This document shows, in pieces, positions 39,429 to 48,692 of a stretch of 64,000 bases of DNA. The stretch's first letter is position 1. Each line of letters starts with the position of its first letter. The notes below the pieces were generated by a model. It did no database searches and was not told the origin of the DNA. It was given only the letters and a program-made list of their open reading frames with translations. Both the position numbers and the translations under genes were made by a program. This DNA comes from an uncultured Planctomycetales bacterium (GTDB taxonomy: Bacteria; Omnitrophota; Gorgyraeia; Zapsychrales; Fredricksoniimonadaceae). Location of the stretch: positions 1,274,786-1,338,785 of the forward strand of contig CAZNDZ010000001.1 in assembly GCA_964572155.1 (NCBI GenBank). The letters run 5' to 3'.

Positions 39429-39770
39429 ATGCAAGACCGCGCCAGATTTCAAGATAAACGCAAAGAACAACGCGTTGCCGTCACAGCCAAGATCAAAATT
39501 AGCATTGGCACCCAGCTCACTGTCGAAGGCCAAATCAAAGATATAACCCTCAATAGCGCATTTATAACCATGCGCAACAATATTTATCTTAATAGCAACG
39601 ATACGATATCTTACGAATTCGAAGTAACGCTAGACGGAAAGCTTTGTATTTTTAAAGGAAATGCATATGTCACACGTATAGTTAAAGGCGAAGGGTTTGT
39701 TATCAGTTTTCTTAAAATGGATGAAGCATCTTTGAATAATCTTAAGAAATTACTAAATATTTCGTATTAA
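39429..39770 (+). CDS. PilZ-domain protein (putative c-di-GMP receptor)
   Basis: RxxxR-like KRKEQR and D-x-S-x-x motif (DITLNSAF) in a PilZ-sized protein. Confidence 0.55.
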   Translation: MQDRARFQDKRKEQRVAVTAKIKISIGTQLTVEGQIKDITLNSAFITMRNNIYLNSNDTISYEFEVTLDGKLCIFKGNAYVTRIVKGEGFVISFLKMDEASLNNLKKLLNISY

Positions 39771-39788
39771 TAAAAGGCAGGATGATTA

Positions 39789-40016
39789 ATGCTTAACAAT
39801 AATGACATCATGAAAAAGCTGCGCGTGGCGCTCAAACTTAAAGATACAGACATCATTGAAATCTTAGAACTTGCAGAATTTAAATCCACACCAACCGAAC
39901 TCTCAGCGATCTTTCGCAAAGAAGACCATCCAAACTATATGCCCTGCGGCGATCAAATTTTAAGACGTTTTCTCGATGGTCTTATTATTCGTAATAGAGG
40001 TAAAAGGGATGTATGA
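39789..40016 (+). CDS. DUF1456 (YehS-like) protein, single-repeat version
   Basis: MLNNNDIMKKLRVALKLKDTDIIEI…KEDHPNYMPCGDQILRRFLDGLII. Confidence 0.65.
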   Translation: MLNNNDIMKKLRVALKLKDTDIIEILELAEFKSTPTELSAIFRKEDHPNYMPCGDQILRRFLDGLIIRNRGKRDV

Positions 40017-40804
40017 ACCACAACGATTTAATTAAAGAACAATTTGATAAACAATCAGCCACGTTTGGCACCATGGCGGGTCATCATGATGCTTTGGATA
40101 TGATTGTGAAGTTAAGCCAAACCACATCAAAAGACACTGTCTTAGATGTGGCCTGTGGTCCTGGAATTGTGGCGTGTGCATTTGCTAAAGTTGCCTCAAA
40201 AGTACGCGGCATCGACCTTGTCCCTGCCATGATCGAACGTGCTAAAGAATCCCAAAAAGCTCAAGGCCTAACGAACATGAGTTGGGACATTGGTCATGTT
40301 AGCCCATTACCCTACGAACACTGCTCATATTCAATCGTAGTCAGCCGATTTGCCTTTCACCACTTCATGGATCCTCAAGCCGTCCTTGAAGAAATGACAA
40401 GAGTGGCAAAGTGGGAGGGTAGGGTTGTCGTCGTTGATGTTTTCATGACCAACCAAATACAAGCCACTGCCTACGACGCCATGGAAAAACTACGCGACCC
40501 GTCACATACACATGCACTTTTGCTCGAAGAATTAGACAATTTCTTTAAGAAATCAGAATTAACCGTTATTGAGAAAAAATTCTATCGCCTACCAGTCGAA
40601 GTAGACGAACTCCTAAAAGCCACATTAACCCCAGCTAAAGAAGCCGAAGCATTTAAAAATATCGTTCAAGCCGATGTGGGTATCAATAAATTAGGCATTG
40701 AAGCGAAAATTAATGACGGAAAGCTATGTTTTTCATTTTCGATTGTGATAATGGTGGGGCAAAAGCTACCACCGGCAAATTATGGGATAAGCTGTTGTAA
40801 TTAA
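40013..40804 (+). CDS. class I SAM-dependent methyltransferase
   Basis: VLDVACGPGIV motif I; Methyltransf_11-like. Confidence 0.8.
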   Translation: MNHNDLIKEQFDKQSATFGTMAGHHDALDMIVKLSQTTSKDTVLDVACGPGIVACAFAKVASKVRGIDLVPAMIERAKESQKAQGLTNMSWDIGHVSPLPYEHCSYSIVVSRFAFHHFMDPQAVLEEMTRVAKWEGRVVVVDVFMTNQIQATAYDAMEKLRDPSHTHALLLEELDNFFKKSELTVIEKKFYRLPVEVDELLKATLTPAKEAEAFKNIVQADVGINKLGIEAKINDGKLCFSFSIVIMVGQKLPPANYGISCCN

Positions 40805-41015
40805 AAAAGGTGAAAATAAATCTATTTTCATCTTTTTAGATTTTTTCCCAACAGGACCATTAAGTGAATACATGATCTTAATGTTGCCAGTATTCATATA
40901 ACGAAGAGTTGGTACACAAAGAATTCTTGCGTAAAGAAAAGCTTGTGTTATCTTATTCTAAAAGTCAGACCAGCTTTCCCTTCAACCGTATTCCTTTATT
41001 AAAAGGAGCCCCGCT

Positions 41016-41156
41016 ATGAAGATCACTACTTTAACGATCATACTATTAATAGGCATCTTTACATTTTCTCAATTGGCCCAAGCAAAAGGGCGAACTGGGA
41101 GTCATCGGACTTATCATGGTCATGGGAAGGGGAGTTTCTATAAGGGTGGAAAATAG
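41016..41156 (+). CDS. small secreted peptide (46 aa): signal peptide + Gly/His/Lys/Tyr-rich 23-aa mature region
   Basis: AAAAGGAG RBS 6 nt upstream of ATG; MKITTLTIILLIGIFTFSQLAQA|KGRTGSHRTYHGHGKGSFYKGGK; not in ORF track (under 60 aa). Confidence 0.4.
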   Translation: MKITTLTIILLIGIFTFSQLAQAKGRTGSHRTYHGHGKGSFYKGGK

Positions 41157-41172
41157 GGAATGGAGTTTCAAT

Positions 41173-41658
41173 ATGTTTGAACAATTCAGAAATCATCCAG
41201 AATTGAAATGGAATGCTTCTCCAGCTGGACAATTCTATTCAGACGCTGATAGGTTGAATATAAATATTAATTTGAAAGATTTCACTCTAGAAAGAATAGT
41301 TGATTTAAGAGAACAGGTTGAGAATGAGGGCTCTGCTAAGCTAATGTTAATTGGAAGCAGTAACACAAATATATTTGTATATGGTCCAAATAATTTAATA
41401 AATCTTTTGTATCATACATTACAGAGATACAAGGCAAGATTCTGGTCCAAAATAATTAATATTACTTTAAACGATCATCAGAATTGCGCTAACTTGTTAG
41501 TTCCTACGAAATGTGATCCATGGGTTATTGATAAACTTGAATTAAAAGAGATGAAGAGGGGGGCGGTTACGCCATGCACTACTACTTCCGATTTAGAAAA
41601 AATTTATGAAATATGTGTTCATTGTGAGAATTTTTTAAAAGAAAGGGATCTTCGTTAA
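41173..41658 (+). CDS. hypothetical protein, first large gene of the TIR cassette
   Basis: No recognisable domain; track ORF starts at 41116 but would overlap the peptide gene, so an internal start (41173) is assumed. Confidence 0.45.
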   Translation: MFEQFRNHPELKWNASPAGQFYSDADRLNININLKDFTLERIVDLREQVENEGSAKLMLIGSSNTNIFVYGPNNLINLLYHTLQRYKARFWSKIINITLNDHQNCANLLVPTKCDPWVIDKLELKEMKRGAVTPCTTTSDLEKIYEICVHCENFLKERDLR

Positions 41659-41666
41659 GGTCTAAA

Positions 41667-42554
41667 ATGGAAAAAATATTTCAGTATGATGTAACCTTAA
41701 GTTTTGCAGGCGAAGATCGTAAATATGTAGAGCAAGTTGCTCAAAAACTCAAGGCGCAAGAAATTAAAGTTCATTATGATGAATTTAATGAAATTGATGC
41801 TTGGGGGAAAAATTTACCAGAAAATTTTGACCGTATCTATCGAAAAGACTCTCGTTTCTGTGTCATGTTTATTTCCGGAGACTACGCTAAGAAAGCTTGG
41901 CCCACCTTTGAAAAAAGAAGCGCTTTAGACCGAGAAGTTATCGAAAATGGTTATATTCTTCCAGCTCGTTTTGACGATACAGAAGTTTTAGGAATTCCGC
42001 CTTCCAAGTCTTATATTGATCTTCGTAAATATAGCCCTAATGAATTCGCTGAACTGATTATTAAAAAAATAAGTAAGACTCAATCAATAAAAAATGTGTT
42101 TGAAACAACAGCTTTTCGCCGTCCCAAGATCACCAAATCATTCGATCCTTATAAAGAATCACAAGTTTGGGTAGAATATCTGATTAAAGAGTTAGAGAGT
42201 CGTTGTGAAGATTCAGGAATATCTTTTAGTCATTTTCTTCGCGATGGTAAACAATGTTTAAGATTTGTAATTAACGGCAAACCTGTTTATTCCATTAATA
42301 TTAAATCAGGCTCTCTTTATTTGGACCAAGGATTAAGTTTTAGTTATGCGCATGGAGAAATGTCAGCAATTCTAGATGGCATTAATGCATTTGGTGAATT
42401 TGATTGGAATAAAGACAGGGAATGTATAGTTTTAAAACTTAATGATTTTAGTGTTTTTTCTCGGTCATCTAGCGAACGGCAAGAATTTACGAAACTAGAA
42501 TTTCTTGATTACATTTGGGAAAAAGTTTGTAACGCCACAGAAGAAAAAATGTAA
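41667..42554 (+). CDS. TIR-domain protein with unknown ~150-aa C-terminal domain
   Basis: YDVTLSFAGEDRKYVEQVAQKL…IKVHYDEFNEIDAWGKNL…SRFCVMFISGDYAKKAWPTFE closely follows the DVFLSFRGEDTR … S-x-NYA-S-WCL-EL TIR pattern. Confidence 0.75.
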   Translation: MEKIFQYDVTLSFAGEDRKYVEQVAQKLKAQEIKVHYDEFNEIDAWGKNLPENFDRIYRKDSRFCVMFISGDYAKKAWPTFEKRSALDREVIENGYILPARFDDTEVLGIPPSKSYIDLRKYSPNEFAELIIKKISKTQSIKNVFETTAFRRPKITKSFDPYKESQVWVEYLIKELESRCEDSGISFSHFLRDGKQCLRFVINGKPVYSINIKSGSLYLDQGLSFSYAHGEMSAILDGINAFGEFDWNKDRECIVLKLNDFSVFSRSSSERQEFTKLEFLDYIWEKVCNATEEKM

Positions 42555-42613
42555 GGAAAGACTCCCCATATTAATGAGCAGCTCTTACATAACTAATAAG
42601 AAAATCTATTTAA

Positions 42614-43372
42614 ATGTACCCTAAGCATTTTTTTGAACAATTTTGGGAATCTGAACAACGAAATGAATTATTTGTTTGTATGCCATTTCATAGTTCTTTA
42701 AATTATCGTTTTAACCAAGTAATTAAAGTCGCTGCTAAAAAGGCAGGTTTCGATAACGCCATAAGAGTTGACGAGGATACCTCAGGAAATGTAATAATCA
42801 CAAAAATTTTAGATGGAATTGCAAATTCAAAAATGGTTTTAGTTGATTTATCAGACGATCCAAGTTGCAAAGAACGACATGTAAATGGAAATGTTTTATA
42901 TGAAGCAGGTATCGTTCATGCTATTAGAGAACCTGATGCATTAATAATTGTACGAGATCAAGGTCCTGAAGGTGTCGATTTTGATATTCGAGGATTTACA
43001 ATTAATACGCCGCCTAATAATGTTATTGAAGAAAAATGGTTGATTGAATTATTGAAGAATAGTCTAGAAAATTATCAATGGTTTATTGGAAAGCGAATAA
43101 AGTCTACGGCAGAATTAATTGATGATATTAGTTTGCTTCTTATGGCTAAATATGGAGGTGATAAGAATACTTCAACACATTTTAATAGTGCTAATATGGA
43201 TGCAAAGTATAAGATATCTATTATGAGGCTTTTAGAATTAGGAATTTTAAGATTTCAAACTGCAAGAAATAATAACCCTTTAGAGCATGCTTATCATTGG
43301 ACTGATTTTGGTTATGAAGTAATGAAATATCTTCACATAGAAAGGCAAAATCCTGGTATTCGCTTATCATGA
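42614..43372 (+). CDS. nucleoside 2-deoxyribosyltransferase-like / SLOG-class Rossmannoid domain protein with unknown C-terminal domain
   Basis: LFVCMPF… then …MVLVDLSDDPS…NGNVLYEAGIVHAIREPDALIIV mirrors the NDT (PF05014) signature ADLSG…NPNVMYELGYAHALGKPV. Confidence 0.55.
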   Translation: MYPKHFFEQFWESEQRNELFVCMPFHSSLNYRFNQVIKVAAKKAGFDNAIRVDEDTSGNVIITKILDGIANSKMVLVDLSDDPSCKERHVNGNVLYEAGIVHAIREPDALIIVRDQGPEGVDFDIRGFTINTPPNNVIEEKWLIELLKNSLENYQWFIGKRIKSTAELIDDISLLLMAKYGGDKNTSTHFNSANMDAKYKISIMRLLELGILRFQTARNNNPLEHAYHWTDFGYEVMKYLHIERQNPGIRLS

Positions 43373-44049
43373 CAACATTAGAAATAATTGATAATGTTAA
43401 AGAGCGTGGGTGGACATTTCGCCAAAGATTTAAAGGGAAAAGTAATAAAATCCTACTTATTTTTTCAAAAAGAAGTGCCGAAGATTATGGAGAAAGGAAT
43501 TGTGTGAATTTTTATGCTCTTAAAATCGATCACGCAAATAGCTATTCTGATATTTATTTTAAATATGCAATTACAGCGAGTGCTTTAGCTACACAAAAAA
43601 TAGCAGATATAGTAGGTGATCCTGAAGCTTATATTATTAATTCCGGCTTGTTTCGTTTTAAAAAATTATTAAAAGATAGCGATGAAGTTCGTAAGTTCCC
43701 TGATTTATTGCTGAGTAGCGATTCTTCTGAATCGGAATATGCTATAGATTTACTTCAAGGATTAGATATAGAAATAAATAGAGTACGTTTTGAAGTCCTT
43801 GATTTTTTAAGACGTAATAAATATTTGGGTAGAGAATCATTAAATCTTATAGAGATTGCAGATGTGATTTGTTCAGACCAAACTATAGTTGATACCGTTT
43901 ATCGTGACTTTGAAGAAAATGGCCTTATTAAAGGAGCTTACGGAAATAAAGGTGTAAAAATTACTGTAGAAGGTGAAAAATATTTAGAAAAAATTAAAAA
44001 TGAGCAAATGGGTATAAACTTTGGTTCAGAAGGAACCCATAAATGGTAG
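43369..44049 (+). CDS. hypothetical protein, last gene of cassette (start overlaps previous stop)
   Basis: No recognisable domain; C-terminal region could be wHTH-like. Confidence 0.45.
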   Translation: MTTLEIIDNVKERGWTFRQRFKGKSNKILLIFSKRSAEDYGERNCVNFYALKIDHANSYSDIYFKYAITASALATQKIADIVGDPEAYIINSGLFRFKKLLKDSDEVRKFPDLLLSSDSSESEYAIDLLQGLDIEINRVRFEVLDFLRRNKYLGRESLNLIEIADVICSDQTIVDTVYRDFEENGLIKGAYGNKGVKITVEGEKYLEKIKNEQMGINFGSEGTHKW

Positions 44050-44129
44050 AGTAAGTCGCAATATTAACTTCCTATAATATATGTTATGTTAAGTAGTTAT
44101 ATAGGAAAGTGCTAAAATAGGCAAAAAAT

Positions 44130-44156
44130 AACCCCTTGGTTTCCCAAGGGGTTTTT
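44130..44156. terminator. strong bidirectional rho-independent terminator (10-bp GC-rich stem aaccccttgg/ccaaggggtt, loop tttc, T-tracts both sides)
   Basis: Read directly between convergent genes. Confidence 0.8.
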
Positions 44157-44172
44157 AGTTGAATCTTTTTAC

Positions 44173-44577
44173 TTACTTGCTCTTTCTATCTAAGCCACAT
44201 CCATCATATTTGCTTGTATATAACCCTACGCATGCGATCAGGATAAAGATGTAGATGTCTGCGGATGATTGTCTTGCTACTGTTAGACCGAAACCTAATG
44301 TGATTAGTACTACTGCGGTGAAGATCCATGCTTCTTTGAGTTTCATGCCAACAAGTAGCCATATTGGTATGATGGCTTCTGCGACTGGTAAAACATAGAC
44401 ATATGGCCTTAATAGCCATGCTGGTAATGGCGTGTCTTTAAACATGCCGCCAACCATGCCTACATAGTGGTCAAAATCCATGAATTTGCCTAAAGCAGCA
44501 ACTGCAAATAACGCGGCTATGGCAACGCGTAAAATAATTGAAATCCAACCTAATTCGCTATTTTCTTTTTTATTCAT
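44173..44577 (-). CDS. DoxX-family membrane protein
   Basis: 4-TM small protein with DoxX-like layout. Confidence 0.55.
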   Translation of the reverse strand: MNKKENSELGWISIILRVAIAALFAVAALGKFMDFDHYVGMVGGMFKDTPLPAWLLRPYVYVLPVAEAIIPIWLLVGMKLKEAWIFTAVVLITLGFGLTVARQSSADIYIFILIACVGLYTSKYDGCGLDRKSK

Positions 44578-44587
44578 AAATCCTCCT

Positions 44588-45133
44588 TTAAATATTTAAT
44601 AAATAACCGTTTTCTTTAAGCCAGCGTTCGTCTTTTTTATAATCTGGTATTAGATTTTCAACTTCTTGCCAGAATTTCCTTGAATGATTCTTTTGTTTGA
44701 TATGCATGAGTTCATGCACGACAACGTAATCAATAACCCTGTAAGGCGCTAAAATTAATCGCCATGTGAAGTTTAAACTATCTTGAGCACCACATGAACC
44801 CCAACGTGTATTGGCATTATTTACTTTGACAGATTTATAGGTTAATCCAGCCATATCAGCATAGTGTTTTACTCTATCATTAAAATAGACTAATGCTTTG
44901 GCCCTATAAGCTGATTTCTCGTCGTCAGTTAAGGCAATTTTAGGGACATTTTGACGGTTGCGCAATAGTTCTTGTGTTTTTGTGATCCATTGTTCTTTTT
45001 TTATAATGATGCGCTCAATATCATCAACGCTAACCCATTTAGGCGCACGCACAATCAATTGCGCTTCTGGAGTTATGCGTAGTCCAATGCTGCGCCGTTT
45101 AGAACGGATGATTTGATCGATTTTAATACTCAT
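44588..45133 (-). CDS. YgjP-like M48-related metal-dependent hydrolase (DUF45)
   Basis: HELMH zinc motif in a DUF45-sized protein. Confidence 0.75.
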   Translation of the reverse strand: MSIKIDQIIRSKRRSIGLRITPEAQLIVRAPKWVSVDDIERIIIKKEQWITKTQELLRNRQNVPKIALTDDEKSAYRAKALVYFNDRVKHYADMAGLTYKSVKVNNANTRWGSCGAQDSLNFTWRLILAPYRVIDYVVVHELMHIKQKNHSRKFWQEVENLIPDYKKDERWLKENGYLLNI

Positions 45134-45877
45134 TTAATAACGCACCTTGATTAAACATAGGCCATGGCTCGGAGCTGTTTTGGTTTCTACCAAACGGTTC
45201 TTCGCTTTAAGAATTTCTTTGATCTTTGCTTTAGTCAGCGTTCCGCCGCCAACTTCGATTAAAGCACCAACGATATTCCTGACCATTTTATATAAGAAAC
45301 CATCCGAGGTGATGGAAATTTTAATCAAATCCCCCTCTTTAATGACACTCAAATGAGAAATGGTGCGTATGGTATTTACAATTTTAGAGCGATCCGATGC
45401 ACTTTGAAACGATTTAAAATCATGCTTACCCTTAAAAACACCTGCAGCACTGCGCATTTTAGAGATATTTAAGGGATTTGGATAAAAATATGCACGGTCA
45501 TGCCACATGGGCGACGGGTTTAGGCGGTTTAAGATGGTATATTGATAGGTTTTATCTTTAACACTTTTTTGAGCGTGAAAATTAAGGGGCACTTCTTTAA
45601 GATCTACAACAGCAACATCTTTGTCGAGGAAAGAATTAAGCGCCTTTAAGATGAGCGCCGTATCCATGGTTGTTGCCACTTTAAAGTGCGCCACTTGTGC
45701 TGTGGCATGAACGCCACTGTCTGTGCGTCCAGATGCATGACAATGAATCTTCTGCTTGAAAATACGTTCTAGTTTTTCTTCAATATGATTTTGAATTGTA
45801 CGAAAACCATTGGCTTGGGTTTGCCAGCCGCAGAATTGGGTGCCCACATATTCCAAGGTCAATTTAAAATTGCGCAT
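45134..45877 (-). CDS. truA: tRNA pseudouridine(38-40) synthase
   Basis: Full-length TruA signature incl. catalytic Asp region (…GRTDSGVHA…). Confidence 0.9.
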   Translation of the reverse strand: MRNFKLTLEYVGTQFCGWQTQANGFRTIQNHIEEKLERIFKQKIHCHASGRTDSGVHATAQVAHFKVATTMDTALILKALNSFLDKDVAVVDLKEVPLNFHAQKSVKDKTYQYTILNRLNPSPMWHDRAYFYPNPLNISKMRSAAGVFKGKHDFKSFQSASDRSKIVNTIRTISHLSVIKEGDLIKISITSDGFLYKMVRNIVGALIEVGGGTLTKAKIKEILKAKNRLVETKTAPSHGLCLIKVRY

Positions 45878-45885
45878 GGTCTCAC

Positions 45886-47463
45886 TTAACGCAGCGGTAA
45901 TTCAATTAAGAATTCCGTGCCATTGTCTTCGTCGGCATCAACAATGATTTTCCCTTGATGATTCTGTATTACCGATAATGCAGCAAATAATTTTAAACCT
46001 GACACATAATCCGCATTCTTAAAGAATGGCTTAAAGACTTCTTTGGATTCCTTTGGAGTTAACCCTAAACCTGAATGGCGAATGCTTAAATTGATCCATT
46101 TTGAATCAAAGTCTAAAGAAATAAAAATGTCCCCGCCATGACGACCAACAACAGTAATGCAGTGATCGAATATAGCCCAAAGCGCTGTTTCTAAATGATG
46201 CCGAGAGGCATTAATTTTAATGATTTCACCGGGTTGATAATACCGAAACACCAATGGTTTTTTAACTTGCTCTAACTTCTCAATGGATTCTTCTGTCCGC
46301 TTCGCAATGATTTCTATTAATTCTGTAATATTAAATTGGTTCAATTCCATTTTAATAGGCTGCGTATATTCTTTGAGTTGGTTTAAAATATCAGTTAGAT
46401 ATATCGCATCTTGCTCGATTGGTGATTGTGTTGAAAAAGCATTGATGCGCGATAAAGGCTCATCTAATTCTTTCATCATCAAATCAGTCACCTCATCGAA
46501 TGATTTATACCGCATCATGGCCGCAATTTGATCATGCATGCTCTTATTTTCGATTGAGATCTGATTGATAGATTTTTTATAGATAAACCGCTCAACCAAT
46601 GACTGGGCAAATCGAAATACAGGAATACTCATGATGGAAATTAAGATCAGCACAAAAAATGAGGCTGAATTTGATTTATAGCCAAATAAATACTGCAAAT
46701 ATCGCTCGATGCCATAAATATAAATTAAAAATAGCGACGATAATAATAAAATGGAGATAGAAAAAGCGGCATTGCGTTTGATCACGATATGAATTTCCAT
46801 GAGCTGATAACGCACAATGGAATATGCAATGATTAATAAACTAATAGGAATTAAATACACCCCCCACGGATATACAGGGATATTAAGCATAGGCAAAAAG
46901 GCATCAACAGCCCCTATCACCCCAATGGCGGACCCAAAAAATAAATATTTTAATTGCTTTCGCTTCTCTTTGGCTGATTTTCGATATTTACGGTGAATTA
47001 AACTTAGACCGTAACCCATCAGCAATAAGAACCAGAAAGGCAGAAAATAAAATAATATGCCTGGCTGACAGCTATAACGCATAGTCTGTGCTGTGGTCAC
47101 ATTTGAGATAAACAATTTTGGCGCCATGATGACAGCAAGAGCATAGGCAATTGTAATAAGGTAATATAAGAACAACTCAGTCTTCTTTTGATCTAATCGG
47201 CCTGTGAACAAGACAGCGAAATGAAAGAATAATACTGGGATAAAAATAGCGGCGGAATTGAGTGTTAAGCTGTAATAATACGCAGAACTCCAATCATATG
47301 AAGTTAATGATAAGAAAAGATACATCCCCATTAAACCAATGATTAAAGAAATAAGACCAGACAACCCTTTTAACAAATTCCAAGGCGGGACCAATAAAAC
47401 AAATCCTGCATTGATAAATGAGGCAAGGCAAACCAATAAGCTAGCTAAAGATAAATGATCCAT
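45886..47463 (-). CDS. polytopic membrane sensor kinase-like protein (HATPase_c C-terminus)
   Basis: ~300 aa of TM helices then ATP-binding G-boxes (…RHSGLGL…); phospho-acceptor His box not obvious. Confidence 0.55.
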   Translation of the reverse strand: MDHLSLASLLVCLASFINAGFVLLVPPWNLLKGLSGLISLIIGLMGMYLFLSLTSYDWSSAYYYSLTLNSAAIFIPVLFFHFAVLFTGRLDQKKTELFLYYLITIAYALAVIMAPKLFISNVTTAQTMRYSCQPGILFYFLPFWFLLLMGYGLSLIHRKYRKSAKEKRKQLKYLFFGSAIGVIGAVDAFLPMLNIPVYPWGVYLIPISLLIIAYSIVRYQLMEIHIVIKRNAAFSISILLLSSLFLIYIYGIERYLQYLFGYKSNSASFFVLILISIMSIPVFRFAQSLVERFIYKKSINQISIENKSMHDQIAAMMRYKSFDEVTDLMMKELDEPLSRINAFSTQSPIEQDAIYLTDILNQLKEYTQPIKMELNQFNITELIEIIAKRTEESIEKLEQVKKPLVFRYYQPGEIIKINASRHHLETALWAIFDHCITVVGRHGGDIFISLDFDSKWINLSIRHSGLGLTPKESKEVFKPFFKNADYVSGLKLFAALSVIQNHQGKIIVDADEDNGTEFLIELPLR

Positions 47464-47470
47464 AGAGGTT

Positions 47471-47878
47471 TTATATTGTGATCTGTTCTGGAGTTCTTCC
47501 GTGCGGGGTCATCGCCTCAACAGCTTTGATCGTGATCACAGCCAGATGATAATTAGGATCCGCGGGTCCTGCAAAATATTGACGCAACATCGGTACATTT
47601 TCAAAAACGATTTCTTTCTTCTTTAAATCATCGCTTAATACAGCAGTACCCGAAGCGCGGCAATACCACATTTTACGGTCAACAAAACATACTTCGACAT
47701 TAGGATTAGCCTTTAACTGCGGAATTGTCCTTGAACGTCCCAACATGGCCAATAACAACTCCCCTTCTTCTGTTAAATAGGGCATCATGGGGCGAACGCG
47801 GGGTTGATTGCCCTCTGTTGTGGCTAAAAACCCAAACCCTGCATCACGGATAATATCAATGGCTTCTTCTGTTGTCAT
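47471..47878 (-). CDS. pyridoxamine 5'-phosphate oxidase-family FMN-binding protein
   Basis: Split-barrel PNPOx-like family pattern. Confidence 0.6.
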   Translation of the reverse strand: MTTEEAIDIIRDAGFGFLATTEGNQPRVRPMMPYLTEEGELLLAMLGRSRTIPQLKANPNVEVCFVDRKMWYCRASGTAVLSDDLKKKEIVFENVPMLRQYFAGPADPNYHLAVITIKAVEAMTPHGRTPEQITI

Positions 47879-47881
47879 ATG

Positions 47882-48691
47882 CTATTCCTTTTCAATAATG
47901 CCTTTAAACTTGGATGTACCAATTTTTTCTTGATTCTTTACGGCAACTAATTGCGCACAAATTGAGACGGCAATTTCTTCTGGTGTTTCACTGCCAATAT
48001 CAATGCCCATAGGAATTGATACACGTTTTAATAATTTATCGTTAATACCAGCATCTTTTAAACGTTTAAAAAACTTCACACGCTTCGGCTGACTTGAAAT
48101 AACACCGATATAACCTGCATCAGATTTAATGACAGCTTTTAAACATTCAAAATCTTGCTCATTGCCTTGCGTGACTATTGTTATAAAGGTATTGGCATTA
48201 ATAGCTAACTTAGCTAATTCTTTAGCATGTTGGCCTAAAATAACTTTATCTACGTGGGGAAATCTCTTTTTCGTCGCAAATGCTTTACGATCATCTATCA
48301 CTGTGACATGAAACTTTAAGACTTTTGCAAGCCATGAAAGAGGTAAAGCGATATGTCCGGCACCACAAATGATTAATCGCGACGCACTAAAAACAGGCTC
48401 GATAAAAACTTTCATTTGCCCGCCACAAACAGACTCACCTTCTCGACCAAAATAATTATACGTGACTGTCTGGGGTTTGTGGGTCTTTAGACTTTTTAAA
48501 CATTCTGCAATGGCAGCCTTTTCATTACGACCACCACCGATGGTTCCCCACGAAGAACCATCTTCAAACACAATCATTTTTGCGCCTGCTTTACGCGGGG
48601 TGCCTTTAAGTGTGGTTTCAACCACCGTGGCAAAGGCATACGGCTTTCCAACTTGACTGCAAGCAATGGCGCGAGAAAGAATGTCTTCCAA
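47882..48691 (-). CDS. XdhC/CoxI-family molybdenum-hydroxylase accessory protein
   Basis: XdhC N-terminal and Rossmann-like C-terminal domains (…ICGAGHIA…). Confidence 0.8.
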   Translation of the reverse strand: MEDILSRAIACSQVGKPYAFATVVETTLKGTPRKAGAKMIVFEDGSSWGTIGGGRNEKAAIAECLKSLKTHKPQTVTYNYFGREGESVCGGQMKVFIEPVFSASRLIICGAGHIALPLSWLAKVLKFHVTVIDDRKAFATKKRFPHVDKVILGQHAKELAKLAINANTFITIVTQGNEQDFECLKAVIKSDAGYIGVISSQPKRVKFFKRLKDAGINDKLLKRVSIPMGIDIGSETPEEIAVSICAQLVAVKNQEKIGTSKFKGIIEKE

Positions 48692-48692
48692 T

